Shown here in pieces: positions 1-9,511 of a stretch of DNA of 64,000 nucleotides (position 1 is the first letter of the stretch; each line of letters starts with the position of its first letter). This stretch comes from Heteronotia binoei. Taxonomy: Eukaryota. Where the stretch lies: assembly GCF_032191835.1 (NCBI RefSeq), contig NC_083239.1, positions 24,242,001-24,306,000 on the forward strand. The letters run 5' to 3'. The notes under the pieces were generated by a model. That model saw nothing but the letters and a program-made list of their open reading frames with translations, was not told where the DNA came from and ran no database searches. A program made the translations under genes and the position numbers.

Positions 1-213
1 TTTCACTGCTGGTCAATGGTGGAACCGGAATTAATCTTTAAAATCCCCTTTGCAGACAAAATATTCGACACGAGATCTTCCTCTGTCTCCATCCGGTTGA
101 CTCTAATTAAACCTTTATTGACATCGTTTCCTCTTTGCAATGGTAGCCGTTTAGAATGATGATGGAATTTGGAAACGTCCCTATGGCAGGATGTTTCAAA
201 AGGACAATGCCAG

Positions 214-408
214 TAAGGTTGCCAACTCTGGGTGGGGAAATTCCTGGAGATTTGGGGGTGAAGTGTGGGGAAACTAGAGCAGAGAGATCTTGGGTGGATT
301 TAATGGCATAAAGCAGTCATTTTCTCCAGGGGAACTGAAGCTTAATCTGGAGAGCAGTTGTACCGTAATTCTGGAAGATCTCCAGGCCCCACTTGGAAGC
401 TGGCTAGT
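214..408. mobile_element. TAGGGTTGCCA-family MITE (other copies: ~30850-31040, 31041-32821 split by the PLE, 37522-37724, 37893-38093, ~44185-44375, ~51963-52170, ~55742-55980)
   Basis: Recurrent ~200-bp sequence with GGTTGCCAAC / GGCAACCCTA termini. Confidence 0.8.
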
Positions 409-1439
409 GTGACCAGGAAACAGCATTACCAATCCAGCCATTTCTGTATCTGTGCTTTTCCAGTCTATAGACCAGGTAAGGGGTGCTGCTCTATATTCAA
501 AGTCAGAAATATTGCCCCAAACCAGTCGGAAAAAAGATGGAAGGACAACACAGAGAACAGCGGATAAGTTTAGCAGCAACAGTCAGATTCACTCATGAAT
601 CAGTGACTGTTCACGCAGGAGTAGGCCCTGTGTAAGATGCTTGGAGTTCGTCCCCTGCCTCCTCATTTGCATTTTCCCTTTGAGCCATGCTGTACTGTTG
701 CATCTAGGGAGACCATGAGTCCTCTTCAGAAAGCACTCAAATAAAAACAGGCAGCCACAGTGGACAAAAATAGACCAAAGGGCACCACCAATTTGGCAGT
801 GGGATCCTTAGAGATATGTGCCACTCCTTGCCCAGTCCTCTCAGATCCACCTTTTGAGGCTCCTAGCCTTAAAATACAAATAATGATCCATGAAACAAAC
901 CAAAACACCATATGAAATTTTATTTATTTATTTAAGCTGAGATCATATGTCACAGTTTGGTCCAACAGGGATGCGCATTACATGTCATGAAAATTATCAA
1001 GTACCCAGAGGTTTAAATTAGAGCTCCCTCCCCTTTGAACTTGAAGCCCAAGCCTGACCCCCCCCCTCCCCTTTTCTGCTTGACCCTGTTCTTCACTCCC
1101 AGACAAAAGGCTGCAGTTCCAAACTAAACAGCATGCAAACAGCCATTCTTACATTATGGCCAGCCTTGGAAAGTGGCTGATCTTACTTGTGCCCAGGGAT
1201 TTTTTTTTTTTTTTTTGGTAGAAAAAGCCCAGCAGGGACTCGTTTGTAGATTAGGCCACACCCCCTGACACCAAGCCAGCCGGAACTGCGTTCCTGCTCA
1301 AAGAAAGCCCTGCATTTTGTTTGCAAATGCAGTGAAGGAGCAAGAAGAGGAAATCTGGAACATTGTCCTGCATTAAAAGAAGTTGGTGTGTCACTCTCAC
1401 AGACCATCACAGGAACTTCACAGTGAACACGATTTCAGG

Positions 1440-1625
1440 TGGGCAGCTGGGTTAGTCTGCAGTGGAAAATCAGAGTTTGAGTTCAGTAGCATCTTCCAGG
1501 GTATACGTTTTTGAGAGGCAAAGCTCTCTTTGCAAGATGCATATCTGATGAAGGGAGCTTTGACTCCCAAAAGCTTTTGCTCTGGAAATTTTGTTTGTCT
1601 TTAAGGTGCTACTGGTCTCAAAATG
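1440..1625. mobile_element. Short palindromic Penelope-derived-like element with a hammerhead-like core; related copies near 26130-26240, 35440-35530, 46290-46400, 58096-58290
   Basis: Imperfect inverted arms; CTGATGA-A-GGGAG...CTCCC-AAAAGCT at 1545-1575; shared ...TTGGTCTTTAAGGTGCTACTGGACTC-like terminus in several copies. Confidence 0.55.
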
Positions 1626-2395
1626 AGTCACTTCACAAGCAACAGAATCCTGACATTTTATTATGCAGGACAGAGGCCATGGAGAAGTATCACACAAACA
1701 AAGCTGAACAAATGCACACAGTTTTCCCAGGCAGCAAGAAATCACATATTGAGTCCTGCTGCTGTTGCTGAAGTAGTGTCCCAGAAGATCTTTGCTGGAC
1801 AAGTCCATCAAGTGCAGCATTCTCCTTTTCACGGTAGCCAACCTGGTAGTTCAAAGAAGCCCAGCAGCTCTCCCCTGTATTTCCCCCCTTCCCTTTTAAC
1901 TAACCCCTGCCTGATCTCAGAGAAATTTCCACTTTGCCATATCTGATTTTAAATGTTGGATCTTCTGGTCAAGATGCTAATTTACATATATGCTACACTT
2001 AATAGGTGTGACCACCTTAGTTCTATCCAGTAACTTCCTATGTCAGGCTATTGTGGTCCAGGGTCCTTGCCTCTCACCATTTGTGCCCAGACTGTCTGCT
2101 CCAAAGCAAGGTCATTGAGGGTACCTAGAAATCTTGTTGCTGGCACAAGGTAAACATGTGTGTGCAGCCCTCCAGGGGGAGGGTAGTCTGTCTCCCCCTC
2201 CTTCAGCCATGAAAATAATTATTCATTGCCAAGGAAATGATCAAATAGGTTAATGACAGTAAATAATATAAAACAAATTCCTGGCAGTAAAAGCAACAGA
2301 GTGCAATCTTGGTTACAAGCCCAGTGGGGCAGCAGCAACAGCCATTGATGCCAAAGACTCCTAATTCCTAGAAAGCAGCAAGGTTTAAACAAATT

Positions 2396-2401
2396 TTTAT
2401 T
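2396..2401 (-). terminator. Candidate polyadenylation signal AATAAA of the LU-like gene
   Basis: TTTATT on the plus strand about 780 nt past the stop codon; cleavage site not observable. Confidence 0.5.
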
Positions 2402-3180
2402 GGTCTTAAAGGTGGCTCTGGACTCAAAATTTATCCAGCAAGAACTTCAGTCTCACTTATTGCTTCCTGAGGGCAGCTAGTGAAGGAAGGGTGGCTGAAA
2501 ATTCTGTTAAGTAGCATTGAGGGGATGCTGGTGCCACAGTGGGGAAGGCAAAACCCCTAGCCACGGAGGGAAAAACAATGCACTTTCCTTCTCACACATG
2601 GAGGAGGAGCATGCGGAAAAGACTCAGCTTTGCCTGGACCTTCTCTTTCTCCCCTTTGCAATTTTAAAGATATCTCTTTCACCTTCTCCCAAATCAGTCC
2701 TCCCCGCTGCTTGGCTCTGGCAAATCATCGGACTGGTAGAGTGAGCAGATTGACTGCCAGCAATGGAAGGGGCTGCTTCTTCACCAAGCCTGCCAGGGCC
2801 CGTTGTGTGCAAGAAGCAGTCCCACCGCACTTCCAGGATCCTCACTATAAAAAGCAAGCGAGACCCGACAGCCATTCCTAGGGGCACTGCTCTGACCCAG
2901 AGCACCTGCTCCAGCCCCGCTCTGGGTCTAACTAGAGCAAAGCAAGAGGCAGGTAGAGAGATGAACTCCATTGCCAAGAGACACAAGCCAAAGGTTTGGG
3001 ACAGAAAGCATTGTGCATAAGCTCTGCTCAGCATAGGGTGAAAGAAGGAGGGGGTATTTTCCTGAACGCCTGCCCCTTCTTCTTTGCAGAGGGATCCTAA
3101 CCCATAAGAGGGAGCCACACTAGCCCGCAGGCATGGTCTCAAGCCCAAAGACCCATTCTTCAACCTCAGAGGCCCAGCTG

Positions 3181-3444
3181 TCAGTGGGACCCCAAGGAGA
3201 ACAACAGGGCATAGTTCAGGCCCAGTAGTGCCACCCCAGTTAGGAACTGAAGCAGGGGGGCAGGAGCCAGAGACCCAGCCTGGTTGAAATGCACTTTGCC
3301 ATCCAGCTTGAGGCAACTGGTTTTGGGCATAGCAGGGCAGCATTCCTGATAGCAAGGTGCAGTGGATCCAGTGGTGCAGGGCCGGCCAGATGTTTTGCAG
3401 AGCTTGCTGCAGCCTGCCACGTAGTGGGGTCCTGTTTTCTTCAT
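3181..3444 (-). CDS. LU-like gene terminal coding exon 8 (domain 2 C-half + GPI-signal-like tail)
   Basis: Acceptor TTTTTCTCCTTCCAG; equals track ORF 3181..3444; 7 Cys, then NQAGS, a hydrophobic stretch and TGA. Confidence 0.9.
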   Translation of the reverse strand: MKKTGPHYVAGCSKLCKTSGRPCTTGSTAPCYQECCPAMPKTSCLKLDGKVHFNQAGSLAPAPLLQFLTGVALLGLNYALLFSLGSH

Positions 3445-6400
3445 CTGGAAGGAGAAAAAGCAGCAGTCAGGTCCTGGCTGCAGCTACCAGACCTGTGTGA
3501 TTGAGAGCTACAGCCCTTCCTGAGGAGGGCTCCGTGAGGGGCTGAGGATTACCAAGGCCCAGATTTAAGTAGTGTTGCCAATCTCCAGGTGGGGCTTGGA
3601 GATCTCCCAGCATTATAATGGATTTCTAGACTATGGAGATAAGTTCCTCTGGAGAAAATGGCTGTTTGGAGGATGGTCTCTACGGCATTATACCACACTG
3701 AGATTCCTCCCCTTCCCAAACCCTGCCTTCCCTTCACCCCAAATCTCCCGGAATTTCCCAACCTGGAGTTGGCAACTCCAGCAACGACTGTGGGGCTTTT
3801 TGGCACAGTGGTGGTAGAAGCGCAACCTATTTGGGGGATAGCTGGAACAACAGGGTGCAGAAGTGGAAGGTGTTGGCTTGCCAACCTCCAGGTGATGACT
3901 GGAGATCTTCTGCTATTACAATTGACCTCCAGACAACAGAGATCAGTTCATCTGGAGAAAATAGCCACTGTGGAATGGGATTATACCCCATTGAAGTCCC
4001 TCCCCTCCCCAAACCCCACCCTCCTCGTGCTCCACCTCAAAATCTCCAGGTATTTCCCAACCCAGAGATGGCAACACTCATTAATAGATCCATTCGTTTC
4101 TCAGGCTTCAAAGCACAGCCTCTAGTTTGGCAGTTCAGGCAATACATAGCTAATGGGTTTCAGGGCTGCCAACTCCAGGTTCTGAAATTTGGAGTGGAGT
4201 CTTGGGAGGCCAGAGTTTTGGGGAGAGGAGGGGCCTCAGCAAAGTATAATGCCATAGTGTATTGTTCAAAGCAGTCATTTTCCCCAAGGGCACTGATTTC
4301 TGCCATCTGGAGATCAGTTGTAAATCACAGGAGAACTCCAGGTCCACTGGAGGTCAGCAGTGCTCTCTGACAGTTGTGCCTCTTCATGCTCTTTCCAACA
4401 AAAGTGGAGGCCTCAAACAAGCCAGCTGACTCCTGCTTCCAAGGTGCCATGGCAACCGTCTCACAGGGACTCACTGGACAGCTGTTTTGTTATGGGTGTG
4501 GAGAGAGGTCATAGGAAGAATGGGTTCCTGAAACAAGTCACAAGCCAGGCCTGAAAGAACACAGTGCAGCATGGCAAGAGCCTGGTGTTAGGCCTATGTA
4601 AGGGGACAGCTAAGAAACAGTACCTCACAGAAGTCAAAACCCACAATGCAGCCGACTGAAGCCTTTTGGCTCTTGTAGCAGCCATCTCCGTGGCAGGTGA
4701 AAGCTGAGCACACTTTCCCCTGGAAGGAAGAAAAACAGGCAGTCTCACAGCTCAGAAAATAATGCCCATTGTTGGGTCAAAATGGAGCATAGGACAGTGA
4801 GAGGTAAGAGCATTACTTCCACAGCAGGACAAGAATCCTAGATAGTCAGGGGAGCTAGGGAAATGTCACATCTTGTACAAACATGAAATGGCACCTACGT
4901 TTTTTGGGGGTGCTTTGGTGGTAGTAGTTGTGGGAGCTGGCGTAGTGGTGGGTGGCAGGTCACCTGGAAGAAACACAAGAGCAGAAGAGAGTGGAAAGAG
5001 AGTACTTTCACATGGCAACTGTTTGCAAGTTGATTTTGCTGTTCTTACACAGTAAAAATCCAGTTGCAAAAAACATTCTTTAGTGTGTGCGAATGCAGCC
5101 AGGGTTTGTGGCCTCAAGGGAAAGCTGTCAACAATAAACTGCTATGGTGGGATCCTTCTTAGACAGTTCTTGGTTCTGGGGATCTGGTGAGAAGGTGCAG
5201 TTGCATTCCCAGAGGATTGGCAAAGCCCTGCCTGAGAATATAGCTTGGCCCAGAAGCCCCACTATTCACCCCTGGATGGAAATCTCAAACAAGCCATACA
5301 TATCCTAGTGCCAGAGCTATCATGGGTAGCAAGGAAAAGACTCAGCATTTGCTGAGGACATGGCTCATGTTAGGTTTGCTTACCGTAGGCTGTGGCATTG
5401 AGGCTGAGGCAGTTGGGCGAACCACAGCACTCCAGTGTGCACAGGTTCATGCTAACACTGCCATTGGTCATGCACATCTCAGTGTCGTTGCTGCTGCCAC
5501 ACTCACTGCTGCACCGGGCCGTATAGCTGGTGCTGTTGAACCGGTAAAGCTGAAAGAACCACAGAAGCATTAGCTGGGGCAAGCAAACAGCCAGACTTTT
5601 CCCAGGTTGTCTTAATGGGAAGGGGGAGAAGGGTGTATTCCACTTCCTGCCCCAAATTACCCACTCCCTCCTTGGCTGTTCTGCATAGAAGGGCCTGCAG
5701 GGTGGTGTCTTGGGTCTCCTTACCTCACAGTGAGTTGCGTTGTGGCAGGGCTCTGTGTTGTTGCCATGAGCTTCTTCCTGGTAGCATCTCTCGCCAGAGC
5801 ACTGGAAGCTTTGACAGGTAAGCTGTAAGGAGAGGAGGCAGTTGGGTTACCAGCTCCAGGTTGGGAATTTCCTGGACATTTAGGGATAGAGCTTGGGGAG
5901 GATGGGGTTTGAGGAGGGGAGGGACCTCAACAAGGTACAACACCATAGAGTTTGCTCTCTGAAGATGCTGTTCTCTCCAGGGGAACTGATCTCTGTTGTT
6001 TGGAGATCTACTGTAATTCCAGGAGGTCTCAGGCCCCAATTGGAGGCTGGCAACCCTAGGAGGCAGTGCCCTTGCAGAGTCCAAAGGTGTTCCCTGGCCA
6101 CATGCCCAGTGCATTGCCAGCAGAATCAGCTGCTACCTGAGCCCTCCTTGAGGTCTGTCACCTTGCCAGTTGCCCTTTACATCTCTTCCTCCCTGCCCAG
6201 CAAGGGCCTCCACCATCTCCTGACTTCCTGTCCCACCAGAGGTCTTCCCCAGAAAGTCTTCCCTCCCTGCAGTTCCCACCCTTACTCCCATGCCGCAGCT
6301 AGTGGCTGAGTTTCCTTACAGGCATCATGACAGTTTTGTTCATTGTGCTGTCTGGGACCAGGGCTGCTCCTGAAATGGGCCCAGGATCTGGAAGAGAAGA

Positions 6401-6815
6401 GAGGGATGAGCATACGGCAGTCTCAGCCCTGGAGGAGGTGAAGATCTCAGGCATGGGAAGTCCTCCCTGCCAAGGCACTAGCCTGATCACAGACAGGTCC
6501 GTCCTGGGGCATGATGACTCTCCTCCCCTCCCAGCATGCACCTCTTTCTCTCACCTGCTGATGCACAAACATTCCAAGTGCTGAAATGCAGAGCAGCCCA
6601 GAACAGAAGGAAGCCTACAGAATGAGATAGGTAGATCAGAACAGGCAGAAATCCAAAAAGGGAAGAGCTTCCTAGCTTGTTCTGAAAGTGTCTAGAACCT
6701 ATCTTCAGCAGGTGCTTGCTCCATGACAGGAGACTACAACCCAGAAAGCACTCCCTGCACAAGAATGAAGGCTCTTACCTTGGGATGACATGATCCGGTA
6801 GCTGGGACGTGCCAT
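3181..6815 (-). CDS. Unrecognised 284-aa cell-surface glycoprotein: signal peptide + two 12-Cys Ly6/uPAR(LU)-like domains + Thr/Pro linker + GPI-anchor-like tail (8 coding exons)
   Basis: Join on minus strand: 6815-6779, 6614-6555, 6387-6320, 5822-5724, 5549-5384, 4963-4899, 4719-4624, 3444-3181 = 855 nt. All 7 introns are GT-AG with matching phases and there is no internal stop. The ATG is in AACAATGG context with in-frame stops upstream. Translation: MARPSYRIMSSQGFLLFWAALHFSTWNVCASADPGPISGAALVPDSTMNKTVMMPLTCQSFQCSGERCYQEEAHGNNTEPCHNATHCELYRFNSTSYTARCSSECGSSNDTEMCMTNGSVSMNLCTLECCGSPNCLSLNATAYGDLPPTTTPAPTTTTTKAPPKNGKVCSAFTCHGDGCYKSQKASVGCIVGFDFCEMKKTGPHYVAGCSKLCKTSGRPCTTGSTAPCYQECCPAMPKTSCLKLDGKVHFNQAGSLAPAPLLQFLTGVALLGLNYALLFSLGSH*. 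The LU-family assignment is inferred from cysteine spacing. Confidence 0.88.
3570..4362. mobile_element. Cluster of three TAGGGTTGCCA-family MITEs (3570-3780, 3874-4080, 4161-4362; third inverted)
   Basis: Shared GTTGCCAAC...GGAGATCT...CCCTGGAGAAAATGG...TGGCAAC sequence. Confidence 0.85.
4624..4719 (-). CDS. LU-like gene coding exon 7 (domain 2 N-half, GKVCSAFTCHGDGCY...FCE)
   Basis: Acceptor TTTTTCTTCCTTCCAG, donor GAG|GTACTG; phase 0-0; 5 Cys aligning with exon 4. Confidence 0.9.
4899..4963 (-). CDS. LU-like gene coding exon 6 (mucin-like linker DLPPTTTPAPTTTTTKAPPKN)
   Basis: Acceptor TGTGTTTCTTCCAG, donor AAC|GTAGGT; phase 1-0. Confidence 0.88.
5384..5549 (-). CDS. LU-like gene coding exon 5 (domain 1 C-half, LYRFNST...CTLECCGSPNCLSLNATAY)
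   Basis: Acceptor GTTCTTTCAG, donor ACG|GTAAGC; phase 0-1; 7 Cys; lies inside track ORF 5370..5582. Confidence 0.9.
5724..5822 (-). CDS. LU-like gene coding exon 4 (domain 1 N-half, LTCQSFQCSGERCY...HCE)
   Basis: Acceptor CTCCTCTCCTTACAG, donor GAG|GTAAGG; phase 0-0; 5 Cys. Confidence 0.9.
5842..6058. mobile_element. hAT-type MITE (TAGGGTTGCCA family) in intron 3 of the LU-like gene
   Basis: 8-bp duplication GGAGGCAG at 5834-5841 and 6059-6066; family termini. Confidence 0.85.
6320..6387 (-). CDS. LU-like gene coding exon 3 (DPGPISGAALVPDSTMNKTVMMP)
   Basis: Acceptor CTCTCTTCTCTTCCAG, donor CCT|GTAAGG; phase 1-0. Confidence 0.85.
6555..6614 (-). CDS. LU-like gene coding exon 2 (hydrophobic core of signal peptide, FLLFWAALHFSTWNVCASA)
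   Basis: Acceptor TCATTCTGTAG, donor CAG|GTGAGA; phase 1-1; the A-S-A cleavage motif coincides with the exon end. Confidence 0.85.
6779..6815 (-). CDS. LU-like gene coding exon 1 (MARPSYRIMSSQ-G)
   Basis: Exon acceptor CTCTCCCCAG lies just before 6853, the ATG is at 6815, and the donor is AAG|GTAAGA; phase 1. Confidence 0.8.
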
Positions 6816-9199
6816 TGTTAATCACAGGGACTTGCTGCTACTGGGACCTTAGGCTGGGGAGAGTAACATGTTCCTTTTGAGAGAGGAATTTGAAAGGCAG
6901 CAAGGCAGATCCCACTAAGACATGAAATCTAGAAGTGAAATACACCTCTCCCCCCAAAAAACACCTAGAACCATTTGTCTACCAGGCAGCCTGAGCAATA
7001 CTTTGCAATTCATGTTGCTCTCTTTTGGCCTCTTCTGCCAGAACTAAAGGGAATAAAAAGGCATATAAAATTCTCTCTTGGGCTGTGAACTATTGCTCCA
7101 TCTGGCCAATATGCCTTACATGTTCCAGAGCTTGTGATGCTCTGACCATAACCTCTGCTCCTGCGGGAGGAGAGGCCCAGAAAGGGACAGCCAGCCAGGC
7201 AGCACACTCATTAGCCTTGCTTTCCCAGAGGAAATAGTTGGCTCTTGCTGCTCCTTAGACCAGGATGACCATATGTGGCCATCTGTTTCACAGGGCGGCT
7301 TGTGCCACTGGCAGCAGCTCACTCCCCACAGGCTGGTACCAGGCCTCAACCAAGCACCTCATGGACCCACAGAGCACTAAGTGTCCTCAGCATGCTCCCT
7401 CCCTTCCTCCCATGTCTCATAGGACTGATGTTGGCCAAGACCACCCAGTGCCAAGCTGGTCATCAAGTGCCCTTCTGCAGCCCAAAAGACACAGCAAACC
7501 CCACACCTGGATCTCCATGGGAAGCACTCTCAGTGGGAGTGGAGAGCAACTTGGTTTCTCCCTAGGGGGCTGATCAAACTTTTGCCAGCCTTTCCATTGT
7601 TTTGATTTTGGTGTTAATGTGAACTGCTTTGGGAATTCTGAATGCAGAAATGGCCAGTTGACTAGAGGACCATTCACTATGGTTGCTTCTGCCCTTTGGA
7701 CTTCCCTTCCCTGCTTCAAGATTGTGAAAGTTCAAGCTAGTTCCAGAAGCCCTGTCTCTGAGGAAAAAGCTTTCTGTAGCCAGGATTTAGTAGCTCATGT
7801 CAATCATAAATCTGGGGATCGGTTTTATTTCATAACTGATCTATAAGTTCCACTCTAGCAAGAACATATTTAGAATAACAAATGTTGTCAGCCTCTGGGT
7901 TCATGAGAGGGATCTCTAAGAAAGGCCTTCATGAAAATACATGGTCACTTGGTGTCTCATAAAAAAACAAGACTCTCTAGAGAAGGCAAAAATGCTTGGA
8001 AAATTTAAGGCAGTTATAAAACTTCCATGTGAGATGGATTGACTCAATAAAGAAAGACAGGACCCTTAGTTTGCAAGACATTTTGGAAAGGTTATTAATT
8101 CAAAGGGTTGGAAGGAACTTGATGGCATTTTTAACACATGTACACACACGGGCTGCAAGGCACATGCAGTCCTCCAAAACTTGGGCTCCTGAAATGTGGT
8201 CAATGCCATTGAGAGAAGGAAGAAAAAACATCTGGAAGTGACCTCAATGTGGAGAGAGAGGGATCCTACAAGCCTGACAAGACAGCAAGTTTCAAAAGCT
8301 CTGTTCTAGGTTTCCCTGCAGATCCCCCCAGTGGCTGGTGGCTGTCATGGAGACTGGAAAATGATAAGCCCCGAGGCCCAGAGTTGTTCACTAATGACAC
8401 ACACGGTTGGCCCAGCAACAGCCTGTTTAGCAGAGTCTCAGAGGGGAAAGAGTGGAGCCACAGACAGACGTCAAGAACAGCAACATACAGCTTGCCAACA
8501 AGGGTGAGCCAACGCCCAGTCAACAGCTCTGGCTGAAGCTTAGCCTGAGAAGACTAGACCATTCACAAAACCATCCCCACATCTTTTAGTGGCTTCTGTT
8601 GAAGCTTTTATCTGGAGAGTGAGGGAGAGTACACTCACTCATAGCAAGGATGTGCAAAAATAGTGCTTGGCCCTTCCAGCCTCAGCACCTGGAGATACTG
8701 CTTCACATCTGCTAATCTCTAAATCCTTGTGATGCTGCTGGCTGTACCAAAATCGAGGCCCTACTGGAAATGCAGGAGGTTGTCATCCTGAACAAAAGAC
8801 CAATGCTGCATCTCTGGTATCTGGTACTACTACATGGTTATCATCCTCTTGTGATCAAAAACATCTCTTGTAGTCTCAAACATTCAAATTCTCCACAGTT
8901 TATAACCAAATTTGCTCTTCAGAAGCCACCAGCCTCCAAACTACAGAACTGGGCAAGGAAGAGAGGGCAGCTCCCCACATACTGGGATAGCAAGAGAGAA
9001 ATCATCCACCCACCTGTCCATCCATCCACCATTACTGTTCAGAGTTCCAGCCTGCATTGAGGATGCAGGACAAACCACCTTAGCTTTAAGCAGGAACTTC
9101 CAACCAGTCCCATGGGCAGAACATTCACTCTATCAGCCTTTCAATCTCAGACAACCACACCACTCCCCCAAAGGAACCCACCTGGTTCAGTTCACTTAC

Positions 9200-9511
9200 C
9201 TGGCTCGCCTGACACCTATGGGGAAGCCCTGCTTGCCTGTCTGAGCAACTTCTGATTGCCTTCAACACTGGCAGAATAGATGCACCTTGGGGAGCCCTCT
9301 TCCACGCCCAGGCAGAGACGGCGCCAACCAACAGATGGAGATGAGTGGTAGGGATGGACGGATTCAGTTCCCTGATGCTGCAAGCAAGAAGCATTCTCTC
9401 CTTACCTGGGGCTCAGCCCATTGTTGAGAAACAGTTTGTGCGGGTGTGTTACACAATCTCAAAATCCTTGCTTCATTGAGAATTTCAGCCTTCCTGTCTG
9501 AGAAAGCTCAT
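9200..9511 (-). other. Possible non-coding 5' exon(s) of the LU-like gene
   Basis: Two consensus donors on the minus strand (CAG|GTAAGG after 9406, CAG|GTAAGT after 9200), 2.3 kb upstream of coding exon 1, which itself begins with an acceptor; no convincing ORF. Confidence 0.3.

Noticed and set aside
155-213. Plus-strand exon-like stretch NDDGIWKRPYGRMFQKDNA with GTAAGG donor
   Set aside because: The donor is created by the terminus of the MITE starting at 214, and the peptide is unrecognised.
2624-3355. 243-aa minus-strand ORF overlapping the LU-like gene's last exon and 3'UTR
   Set aside because: It is in a different frame from the Cys-patterned exon, has no recognisable domain, and is explained by GC-rich UTR sequence.
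3549-4370. ORFs of 111-179 aa across the MITE cluster
   Set aside because: They are translations of a non-coding repeat that occurs more than ten times in the window.
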